From the IMG/VR virus record IMGVR_UViG_3300050343_000144, positions 1 through 58,676 of that record: a stretch of DNA of 58,676 nucleotides. One strand, 5' to 3'. The notes under the pieces were generated by a model, which had not been told where the DNA came from, made no database searches, and saw only the letters and a list, made by a program, of their open reading frames with translations. The position numbers and the translations under genes were made by a program. Of the stretch, positions 49,636 through 58,676 are shown in pieces. Source of the DNA: a virus. Lineage: Duplodnaviria; Caudoviricetes. Position 1 is the first letter of the stretch; every line of letters begins with the position of its first letter.

Positions 49636-50559
49636 ATGGCATATATAACAGACTATCAATATTATGAAAACGGAGGAGTTAATCCTACGAATTCAAACTG
49701 GGGGTCATACCAATTTGTATCATTAGACGATATAGTAAATAATTTTATGCTAATGTATGTTGGTAATGACAAGCTAATAAACAATGTAGAAAAATATAAT
49801 ATTTTATTTCACGCAAAGCGAGGTATTCAAGAATTGAATTACGATGCTATGAAAGAAATAAAAGTTTTAGAACTAAGTGTTTGTGATCAATTAAGATATG
49901 TACTTCCACCTGATTATGTAAATTGGGTTAGGGTATCAATATATCAAAATGGTGTTCTTATGCCATTAACAGAAAATATTCAAACTAACTGGAGTAATGC
50001 TTACTTGCAGGCAAATGACTGTAAGATATTGTTTGATGAATATGGAAATATATTAAAACCAGAAAACTCTACTATAGATATGGACAGAATATCTGGTGGA
50101 AAGAAAAGTCTTTACTTAAATGCTAACAGCAGTCAAGATGGCAATATGGGTTACAATATAGATGGGTCTTGGTATTTTGATTATAGCGTTGGTCAACGTT
50201 ATGGTCTTAACACAGAGACAGCTAACTCAAACCCTACATTTAAAATTAACAAGGCTTCAGGTGTTATAAACTTTAGTTCTGGAGCAGCAGATAAGCTAGT
50301 TATTTTAGAATATGTTTCAGATGGTATGGAGAATGGAGTAGATTCTGAAATAAATTTAAACAAACTATTTGAAGATTTTATTTACGCATACATAAAATAT
50401 GCTATATTAACGAGCAAATACGGGGTGCAAGAGTATATTATAAATAGAGCTAAGAAAGAAAAGTCAGCTTTATTAAGAAATGCAAAAATACGATTAAGTA
50501 ACATACATCCAGGAAGATTGTTAATGAATCTAAGAGGTCAAGATAAATGGTTGAAATAA
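49636..50559 (+). CDS. Second ring / tail tubular protein
   Basis: FHAKRGIQELNYD, LPPDYVNWVR, LEYVSDG; positional. Confidence 0.6.
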   Translation: MAYITDYQYYENGGVNPTNSNWGSYQFVSLDDIVNNFMLMYVGNDKLINNVEKYNILFHAKRGIQELNYDAMKEIKVLELSVCDQLRYVLPPDYVNWVRVSIYQNGVLMPLTENIQTNWSNAYLQANDCKILFDEYGNILKPENSTIDMDRISGGKKSLYLNANSSQDGNMGYNIDGSWYFDYSVGQRYGLNTETANSNPTFKINKASGVINFSSGAADKLVILEYVSDGMENGVDSEINLNKLFEDFIYAYIKYAILTSKYGVQEYIINRAKKEKSALLRNAKIRLSNIHPGRLLMNLRGQDKWLK

Positions 50560-50560
50560 T

Positions 50561-53500
50561 ATGCCACAGTTTACAAGAAATTTTATAAAAGGGAGAATGA
50601 ATAAAAGCGTTGATGAACGATTAGTTCCTCAAGGTGAATATATTGATGCTCAAAATTGTAGACTTGGTTCTACAGAAAACACAGAAATAGGCGCTGTAGA
50701 AAACTCTTTAGGAAATACTAGGTTGACGACTTTAACTTATGAAGGTCAGGCGCTAAGTAATGAAGCAAAGTGTATAGGCGCTTATGAAGATGGAGGTAAT
50801 GAAACTATGTATTGGTTTGTAAATGATCCAGCTAATACAAATTCTAGTACTGGAGTTGTAGATATGATTGTTTCTTACGACACAAAAAATGATTCTCTTT
50901 TTTATCACGTAATATCTACTAGTGTTTTAAATTTTAATGACAAAAAATTAATAACAGGAGTTAATCTTATAGATGGTTTATTGTTTTTTACAGACAATTT
51001 AAATCCTCCTAGAAAAATAAATGTTAGCAGAACATATCAATATCCTATAAGTGACGTTGATCAAATTACAGAACAAGATATAGGAGTTATTGTTGCGCCT
51101 CCATTATTTGCGCCTACATTAACACCAACTCAACAAGGTGGTGGAGAAAATTATATGAAAGAAATTATGATTTCTTTTGCATACCGATACCAATATGAAG
51201 ATAATGAGTATTCGGCTATGTCTCCATTTTCACCTATATCATTTTCACCTGGTCCTTTTCAATTAAATTATTCTACCTATGACAATATAGGTATGGAAAA
51301 TGTATATAATAGTGTTATTGTTAAATTTAATACAGGAACTAAAAATGTTAAAGGAATAGATTTATTATTTAAATCAACAAACTTTACAACAGTAAATGTA
51401 ATAGAAAGATTTAATAAGCTTGATCAAGGATGGTTAGATAATGTAGAACAAACTTTTCAATTTACAAATCAAAAAATATATACAGTACTTCCTGAAGCTC
51501 AAATGATTAGATTGTTTGATAATGTTCCAAGAATAGCTCAAGCACAAACATTAATGGGTAACAGGCTGATGTATGGAAACTATGTTGATGGATATGATAT
51601 AACTAATTCTGATGGTCAAGATGTTTACTTAGATTATGAATTAGATTTAATTACGGAAAACTTATCATCTGATCAAACATCATCAGTAAATAGTGACTTC
51701 AACTATTCTATAAATGGTTCAGTAAATATTATAAATGGTACTGCTAGTTATGATATATCTGGATATGATTTAAAAGCAGGCGCTCAAATAGGTATTGACT
51801 TTAATTTAGGTCATTCACAATTTTCAGGCGCATCAGAATATGTTGATGGAACAGAGCCTTTGAATGAGTTTGAGAACACATTTTTATACAACTTACAAGA
51901 AGACTTTGCAAATGCACACGACCTAGTAACTTCACCAGGTTTTGTTGCTGCAATATCTGAATTTGTAGCACCCTCAGACTCAACTTGTTTTCCTCCATTT
52001 TGTACAACAGGATGTGCAAGTGGAACATCTATTACAGATTTAATTAACTGTTCGGTAGTGCCAAAAACAAGCTGGTATAAAGTAGGTTTTGGTTTATCGG
52101 GAACAAACCAAGGTATGTCAATAGGTTCTACACCAGGCAGCAACACATTCTCTTTAACAGCTCAAGCTATTAAATATGAAAAATATGATGTAAGTGTATC
52201 TCCTGCTGTTCCTTTAGGAATATTTGCATATGAATATTTTACTGTTCTTCAATCAGAATTTTTATATAGTTTAAGTTCATCTAAAAGTAGCTTACATAGT
52301 GACAGGGATTATGAGGTAGGTATTGTATACGAGGATGATTATGGAAGAGCAAGTACAGCTTTAGTCGATACAAATAATACAATATATGTTCCTTGCGATA
52401 ATTCTATTACAAAAAATACAATAAAAGTTACTTTAAATAGTTACCCTCCTTATTGGGCTACTAAATACAAGTTTGTTTTAAAACCATCTAAGGATGAATA
52501 CAGAACAGTGTACTCAAACATATTTTTTCAGGAAGAAGAAACGGGGAATGTATGGTTTAAATTAGAGGGTGATAATAAAACTAAAGTAGTTTTAAATGAA
52601 AACTTAAAAGTTAAGTCTGATACTAATGGACCTGTTTTAAGGTGTGTTAGTACAAAAGTTCTTGACTATGGTAGTCAAGTAGAAAATTGGTTGTGTGATA
52701 GAAATAGTGATGGTACTTTAGTTGATGACACTTGTGGTCAGCCAACAGGAGTCTATATGCAACTTAGACCAAGTAATTTTTCTGCTGCTTCACCAGAAAA
52801 TGCTTTTATAAACTATGGAGAAAAAGGATGTAAAGGTTCTTATTGTGCTGTTAGATATGATGTTTCTATTCCTAATCCAGACACAACAGGACCTACAGAT
52901 GAATTTATTCCATACACTATACCAGCGGGTAGTATTGTTCAAATAAAATTAAGAGAGCAAAGATATAAAAGAGGTAGCAAGTGTGGTAGCAGACAGTACT
53001 TATATGATAAAACCTTTACAGCTAGTCAAGACTATGATAGTATGTATGCTTTTGTTGAAGGAGATAATATTGACTTAACAAATGGTCAATCAGCTGGATC
53101 TGATAGTACTATAAATAATATAAACCAACCTAGTACTTTATACCCTTACTTTACTTCTTTAGCAGGTGGCGGTCAGTCTTATTACTCTTTTCAGACAGAC
53201 GCTTCTAATGGTAAAATGTATTTAGTTGGACAGAACGGAACACCTCAATGTAATCCACCTGATAAAAGAAATTCTTATGGAAACATAGAGATTGTAGTTC
53301 AAAGAGCAACTACTCTTATGGTTTTTGAGACTGAAGCAAAAGATGCGAATACAGAGCTTTATTATGAAAACGAACAAGTATTTAATATATCTGGAGGGTA
53401 TCATCAATCAGGAACTAATGACACTGATCAAGATCAAACAGTAAGCTTGCCTGCTGTAGTAAATTTAACTTTTAGCAATTGCTTTACTTTTGGGAATGGA

Positions 53501-55384
53501 GTAGAATCAAATAGGGTTTTAGATGCACTAGCAACTCCTAGTTTTACTATTGGAGAAAAAGTTACTTCAGTATCTGAAGAACAGTACAAAGAAACTTTAC
53601 GTTTTAGTGATATAACATATAGTGGAAACTATAACAAAGAGTCTAATATAAATAAGCTTAATGAATTTAATTTAGGGTTATCTAATTTTAAAACATTAGA
53701 AAGTTCTTATGGTCCTATTAGAAAATTACATTCAAGACAAACTGATATACTTACTTTACAGGAAGATAAAATATCTTACGTACTTGTAGGAAAAAATTTA
53801 CTTTCTGATGCTGCTGCTGGAGGAGCTATAACATCTGTTCCAGAGGTTTTAGGAACTCAGTTAGCTAGAATAGAAGAGTATGGTATAAGTAATAATCCTG
53901 AGAGTTTTACATCTTATGGTTATGACGTGTATTTTACAGATGCAAAAAGAAGCTCTGTAATAAACATTAGGGGTGGTGTAGGCGCAAAGTCAGATAAGCT
54001 TCAGGTAATATCTTCTTTAGGTATGCGTAGCTGGTTTAGAGATTTGTTTACAGAAAACTTTAATACACAAAAGCTAGGTGGTTATGACCCTTATATGAAT
54101 GAGTTTGTTTTAACAAATAACAATGAGCCTGTTCCTGTACCTCCTGTAGATAGAGATTGTGGATACGAACTTAGACAGAACAATTCAAGTGAGGCTGTGT
54201 CTTTTAATTTAGATTGTACTTCAACAATAGGTGATATTGCTTGTGTTTATAATTTTGATTCTGGAAGCGCAACACTTCTTGTAAATTATAATGGTGTTAG
54301 TGTTGTTAATCAAACAATTAGCGGTTCTGGAACTGTAACCTGGAATAAAGGTCAGTCTTTTCCAACTACTGCACAAGTTACTGTAACACCAACAGCAGCA
54401 ACTTATTCTTTACAAATAGGTTGTCCTCAAACAGAAAATTTAACAGTAAAAAGAATAGTAATAAATTCTTCAGGAGACGCTACTTTAACTTCAAGTGTAA
54501 GATATAAGTGGTCTGATGGAACTACAATAAGCCCTTATCAAAGTGACAATGTTATTTTAGAAGAGGATGGTGTTTCTTTGTTTGAGTCTCAAACTGGTCC
54601 TTCTTCATTTGGTACAATACCACCTGATGGAGCAACAGTTACTATGCAAAACAGACAGTTAAGCGGAGATACATTTCCGTTTGACCCATTGTCTGATAAG
54701 TTAAAGTATTTAGTTTCAAACACAAACTATGACGAGGCTGATGTAAATACATTAATACCTTTATTAAATACTGCAACACCAATTACCAATGTGGGTAGTA
54801 ATACTTATCAATCAAGCTTTACATATACTAACGCATCTAATGATGATTATTTATATTTGGTTTGGGATTATAGAGTAGCTACGCCAATTGAACTTTGTTA
54901 CAACGCTACAAGTTCTGAAGGGTCTTGTTGTGATTGTGGTACAGACGCTCCAGTTTGTCCAGATAGAACTTTAGTGTTTCAGGTATGTAATAGTAATTCA
55001 GCTAAAGACGATAACTTTGATGTTTACTTGAATAATAATTACATAGGGGCGTTAGACTTAAATGCTAACTCTCAAGTTGGTTCTGTATTTATTGCGACTA
55101 CAAATACTTCTGCAACAATTACAAGTTCAGATTTTGTATGTCCTTTAAACAATATGGTAACATACAGATTTGATCCTAACTTTGTAGTAGGTGGAGCAAA
55201 TACTTTAGAGCTTAGAAATACTCAAAACAATAACAATGGTAACTATGGTTCTATTGGTATGAGAAATTACCTTACAACGGGTAATAATTTATCTAGTCCT
55301 TGCGTAGTAACTGATTTAGTTTATTCAGGAGGTTCAGGTCAAAGTTTTACATTTAATTTTAGTTATGACGAATGTTGTCCATAA
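50561..55384 (+). CDS. Tail nozzle/stabilisation protein with Cys-rich C-terminal extension
   Basis: GRMNKSVDERLVP.GEY.DA.N, FFTDNLNPPRKIN, GNRLMYGNY, YGIS.NPESF, YFTDAKR, GGYDPY. Confidence 0.7.
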   Translation: MPQFTRNFIKGRMNKSVDERLVPQGEYIDAQNCRLGSTENTEIGAVENSLGNTRLTTLTYEGQALSNEAKCIGAYEDGGNETMYWFVNDPANTNSSTGVVDMIVSYDTKNDSLFYHVISTSVLNFNDKKLITGVNLIDGLLFFTDNLNPPRKINVSRTYQYPISDVDQITEQDIGVIVAPPLFAPTLTPTQQGGGENYMKEIMISFAYRYQYEDNEYSAMSPFSPISFSPGPFQLNYSTYDNIGMENVYNSVIVKFNTGTKNVKGIDLLFKSTNFTTVNVIERFNKLDQGWLDNVEQTFQFTNQKIYTVLPEAQMIRLFDNVPRIAQAQTLMGNRLMYGNYVDGYDITNSDGQDVYLDYELDLITENLSSDQTSSVNSDFNYSINGSVNIINGTASYDISGYDLKAGAQIGIDFNLGHSQFSGASEYVDGTEPLNEFENTFLYNLQEDFANAHDLVTSPGFVAAISEFVAPSDSTCFPPFCTTGCASGTSITDLINCSVVPKTSWYKVGFGLSGTNQGMSIGSTPGSNTFSLTAQAIKYEKYDVSVSPAVPLGIFAYEYFTVLQSEFLYSLSSSKSSLHSDRDYEVGIVYEDDYGRASTALVDTNNTIYVPCDNSITKNTIKVTLNSYPPYWATKYKFVLKPSKDEYRTVYSNIFFQEEETGNVWFKLEGDNKTKVVLNENLKVKSDTNGPVLRCVSTKVLDYGSQVENWLCDRNSDGTLVDDTCGQPTGVYMQLRPSNFSAASPENAFINYGEKGCKGSYCAVRYDVSIPNPDTTGPTDEFIPYTIPAGSIVQIKLREQRYKRGSKCGSRQYLYDKTFTASQDYDSMYAFVEGDNIDLTNGQSAGSDSTINNINQPSTLYPYFTSLAGGGQSYYSFQTDASNGKMYLVGQNGTPQCNPPDKRNSYGNIEIVVQRATTLMVFETEAKDANTELYYENEQVFNISGGYHQSGTNDTDQDQTVSLPAVVNLTFSNCFTFGNGVESNRVLDALATPSFTIGEKVTSVSEEQYKETLRFSDITYSGNYNKESNINKLNEFNLGLSNFKTLESSYGPIRKLHSRQTDILTLQEDKISYVLVGKNLLSDAAAGGAITSVPEVLGTQLARIEEYGISNNPESFTSYGYDVYFTDAKRSSVINIRGGVGAKSDKLQVISSLGMRSWFRDLFTENFNTQKLGGYDPYMNEFVLTNNNEPVPVPPVDRDCGYELRQNNSSEAVSFNLDCTSTIGDIACVYNFDSGSATLLVNYNGVSVVNQTISGSGTVTWNKGQSFPTTAQVTVTPTAATYSLQIGCPQTENLTVKRIVINSSGDATLTSSVRYKWSDGTTISPYQSDNVILEEDGVSLFESQTGPSSFGTIPPDGATVTMQNRQLSGDTFPFDPLSDKLKYLVSNTNYDEADVNTLIPLLNTATPITNVGSNTYQSSFTYTNASNDDYLYLVWDYRVATPIELCYNATSSEGSCCDCGTDAPVCPDRTLVFQVCNSNSAKDDNFDVYLNNNYIGALDLNANSQVGSVFIATTNTSATITSSDFVCPLNNMVTYRFDPNFVVGGANTLELRNTQNNNNGNYGSIGMRNYLTTGNNLSSPCVVTDLVYSGGSGQSFTFNFSYDECCP

Positions 55385-55396
55385 ATAATAAATAAT

Positions 55397-56322
55397 ATGA
55401 GTTTAGTAAATAAATATATTGATTCTGTAAGTTTTCTAACTGCAACTGCGGTTTATGATGACGTGAACTTAACAGTAAAATCTGCTGATGGTTATTATCA
55501 ATCTGGTGGTCAATACAGACAACAGGTTTCTGGAGCTTTATTAAGTTCTAGTGTATGTTCTGATTGTTTTACTTTTGATTCTTTAGATTATGCAGCTAGT
55601 AGTTCTAGTGACTTATGCTGTTTAACACAAACACCATCGCAATATTATTATCCTACTGGATCTACTTTCGCAAATACTACAAATATTTATACGGATGTAA
55701 ACTTAACAAACGTTGCTCCAGATGGATTTTATAGTGAGCCAGGTGGTAGTCAATTTAGACAAATTAGTAGTAGTGTTCTTGGTTCTTTACAGACTTGTGC
55801 TACGTGCTATACATCTAGAACATTGGCTTTTAGTTCTGTTTCCGCAGTAGATGTATGTTGTAATTTACCATCAAGTAGTACGTACTACGTTGATTATGGT
55901 ACTACCTTACTTAACTACTAGTAGTGTATATTCAGACACTTCAGGAACAATTGCAGCTGATGGATTTTATAAAGAAACATCTGGTAATACATACAGAGAA
56001 ATGTCATCTAGTGTTTTAGCAGCTCAAAATCCTTGCTCACCTTGTGGTGGAACTAACTCTTGGAAAGCTCAAGATTGTAACAGTGGTTCTGTATACTATT
56101 ATTTAGATCAACAAGATGGTTATTTAAACAACAACTTAATTGTTTTGCAATATGGATATAGTGTTGGAGATGTTGTTTGGGTAAGACAATCTCCATCAGG
56201 AGCTGTTGCTTGTGCTACAATAATAAGCATATCTTCAACTCCTCCAAACTCTAAAATAGACGAGGGAGGTAATAGTGGAAACGGACCTTATAGTAACTTG
56301 TAGTTCTTGTTCAATACCTTAA
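55397..56322 (+). CDS. Cys-rich repeat virion protein (indels near 55912 and 56297)
   Basis: Three repeats of (V/I)Y.D......A.DG(Y/F)Y......R...S..L....C..C. Confidence 0.65.
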
Positions 56323-56331
56323 AATAAAAAT

Positions 56332-57084
56332 ATGCCAAACTATACACTAACACACAGTCAAGACGTACAAGGATGGGCGTCATTCTATAGCTATTACCCT
56401 GATTTTATTATGGGTATGAATCAATACCTTTACACATTTAAAGGCGGTGATATGTATAGACATAACACAAACCCTACTAGAAATAACTACTACGGTGTTC
56501 AATATGATTCATCTATAACAAGTGTATTTAATGAGCAACCAATTCAAACAAAAGTTTTTAAAACCATAGAACTTAGAATCTGACTCTAGCTGGGATGCTA
56601 CATTTCAAACTGATTTACAAGCAAGGTAGTATAGCAAGTGGTTATTTTTCTTTAAAGGAAGGTTCTTATTTTAGTTTTATAAGATATAATCAAAATCAAG
56701 AAAACTTAAACCTTAGATCAACTCAAGGTGTTGGGTACTTGTGCAAATGTAACTGGTAGTGTTGCTGCCCCTCCCTTAGCTATTGAATTTAATTTCTCTG
56801 TTGACTCCATACTTAATATAGGCGCAACAGCTTATAAAATTGATTCTGGAGCTTTAGTTGAGTTAGGTCCTGTAACATCAATATCGGAAGACAGAAGGGT
56901 TGTTACGGTATTAAATCCTGTGAATAACGCATCTGCTGGAGACAACATTGTTTATCTTAAAGACCCAGTAGCAGAGTCTTTTGGTATGTTGGGGTATTAT
57001 TTAGAATTTACTTTAACAAACTCTGACACTACTGCAACAGAATTATTTTCTGTCAATAGTCAGGTCTTCAAAAGTTATCCATAG
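56332..57084 (+). CDS. Tail nozzle C-terminal-like protein (indels)
   Basis: TLT.S..VQGWASFYSY.PD, YTFKGG.MYRHN, FKTIELE, KEG.YF, GYYLEFTL.N, ELFSV. Confidence 0.6.
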
Positions 57085-57103
57085 ATTTTGTATCTTTGCT
57101 CAA

Positions 57104-57516
57104 ATGGGATTTACAATAAAAAAATTAAGCTCAACTGATTACGATAGAAATTTTAGTAAATTGGTGGGCAGATTGGAGATGGGATGCTCCACCTAAAGAT
57201 TTTTTACCAGAAAATGGAATGGGTGGGTATATGGTTTATGATGGAGAAATTCCTGTTTGCGCAGGTTTTGTTTATGTTACCAACTCCAAGGTAGGATGGT
57301 GTGACTGGATTATCTCTAACTTTAACTATAAGGATAAGGTTAAAAGAAAAGAAGGTCTTAAAAAGCTTATAAGCTCTTTAACAGATGGTGTTAAAGAAAA
57401 GTAAATGTAAATATGCTTACGCATTAATTAAGTCGGACAGTCTTATAAAAGTATATAAAGAAGAAGGTTACTTGGAGGCTGGTCAATATAACAAAGAAAT
57501 GATTAAAATATTATAA
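57104..57516 (+). CDS. GNAT-like protein preceding the ejection genes (indels)
   Basis: WW.DW.W..PPKDFLP..G.GGYMV...PVCAGF...LI..Y...GY; position like T7 gp13/P22 gp14; TATCTTTG at 57091. Confidence 0.55.
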
Positions 57517-57517
57517 T

Positions 57518-58354
57518 ATGGCAGCAGTAACATCAGCGGTTTTATCGGTAGGGTCAATGGCTTACAAAGGTTTTTCGGCTATTGACGCTGCAAAGAGCCA
57601 GAGTAGAGAAGCAGGTAGACTGGAGGAGGAAGCTCTGGAACTAGAAAGACAAGCTCTTGCAGATTTAGAACAAAACAGATTAGAGGCTGTTCAAGTACCT
57701 ATGCAAATATTTGACACCGCTAACGAATTACAAACGCTAGATGGATCTACAATATTAGAAGCAGCCGCTGAAGGAGATCAAAGAGGGGTAGCTGCTACAG
57801 CAGGTAAAATAAAAGCTACACAAGACTCAGCGAGAACAGAGGCGAGAGACACTATGGCTAAAATCCAAATGGATTTAGATTTACAAACCGCTAAAGAAGG
57901 TAACAGAAAAGGCGAATTAGTCTCTGGAATGAAAGACACAAGAGCTATAGAGAAATCACTTGAGGCAGATGCAATGGAAGCAAATGCAAATGCTCTATCA
58001 GTATCAGGAACACAAGATTTAGTTGGTGCAGGTGTACAAGCTTTTAGTGCTTTAACTCCTGTTTTTAAATCAAAAAAAGGAGACGCTACTAAGCAGCTTA
58101 CGAAAGACGATGCTAAAGATAAAACAATAATTGAAGATGGTCAGCTTAGATCCCAAGACAATGAAACAGATCCAAAAACTGGGTTTGGAAAATTTTTGAG
58201 TTCTTTAGGAGGTGTAGGTAAAAATATAGTAGGTGCCGTATCTAATTTCACTGGTATTGGAGATGGTAAAGATTTTAATGAATCTCAATTAGCTGAATTG
58301 TCTAAAAGTCTAGGTATACCGCTAGAAGAACTTATTGCTAAACTAAAAAAATAA
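57518..58354 (+). CDS. Internal virion (ejection) protein
   Basis: Ala/Gly-rich hydrophobic N-terminus followed by a coiled coil. Confidence 0.6.
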   Translation: MAAVTSAVLSVGSMAYKGFSAIDAAKSQSREAGRLEEEALELERQALADLEQNRLEAVQVPMQIFDTANELQTLDGSTILEAAAEGDQRGVAATAGKIKATQDSARTEARDTMAKIQMDLDLQTAKEGNRKGELVSGMKDTRAIEKSLEADAMEANANALSVSGTQDLVGAGVQAFSALTPVFKSKKGDATKQLTKDDAKDKTIIEDGQLRSQDNETDPKTGFGKFLSSLGGVGKNIVGAVSNFTGIGDGKDFNESQLAELSKSLGIPLEELIAKLKK

Positions 58355-58355
58355 T

Positions 58356-58676
58356 ATGGCGGATAGATTAGATATTGCAAAATTAAAACTAGAGAAAGGT
58401 TTATTAAGCGATAAAGGAGTACCGAGTCAAGATTTAGCTACAGGTCTTCAAGGACTTTTTAGTGGTATTGATGCTGACGTACAAGCTAAAAGAGAAACTC
58501 GTCAAAAGTTTAAAGAAGAAAGCGCTTCAGATATAAGAGACCTCAGATCTTTAAGAGCAGAGGCAGAAGCAGCTGGAGCTACAAAAGATAAAAGTTCTTC
58601 AGGACAAGATATTAAGTTAGGTGATATACCAACTAGTACTACAATAGCTAACTGGACTCTTAGTCAATTAGATGGA
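58356..58676 (+). CDS. Next internal virion protein, truncated by window edge
   Basis: MADRLDIAKLKLEKG..., open to the end of the window. Confidence 0.55.
   Translation, partial: MADRLDIAKLKLEKGLLSDKGVPSQDLATGLQGLFSGIDADVQAKRETRQKFKEESASDIRDLRSLRAEAEAAGATKDKSSSGQDIKLGDIPTSTTIANWTLSQLDG

Overview
This window is a near-complete, circularly permuted genome of an AT-rich tailed dsDNA phage with a podovirus-like virion module. Its host is very probably Bacteroidota (Flavobacteria-like), judged from repeated TAnnTTTG -7 promoter boxes and A-rich translation starts lacking Shine-Dalgarno motifs. The layout is: 3' part of a giant internal virion/ejection protein (1-5.5 kb, +); replication/recombination and small early genes (5.5-19.6 kb, -), including an SF2 helicase, primase-helicase, SSB, exonuclease, Sak3-type annealase and two DnaA-domain-IV-like proteins, with no DNA polymerase or integrase seen; a divergent non-coding switch region with a G/T-rich tract (19.6-20.2 kb); then, on +, groEL-groES, a cluster of basic Cys/Trp microproteins, lysis genes, modular fibre/LamG genes, a tandem GroES-like gene, terminase, portal, scaffold, major capsid, ring/tail proteins, a GNAT-like gene and further ejection proteins. 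Many indels break essential genes (mainly 39.9-45.3 and 47.4-48.2 kb) and are probably consensus errors. The most notable signals are: a 48-aa basic gene overprinted inside the giant ejection gene; two inverted copies of an origin-like ATGTT/(TA)n element; DNA-level conserved AACGT boxes at GNVGIG fibre repeats; a double-GroES co-chaperonin; a tRNA-like non-coding RNA; and CATG avoidance that breaks down exactly in the error-rich segments. All protein calls rest on motif recognition by eye; no searches were run.
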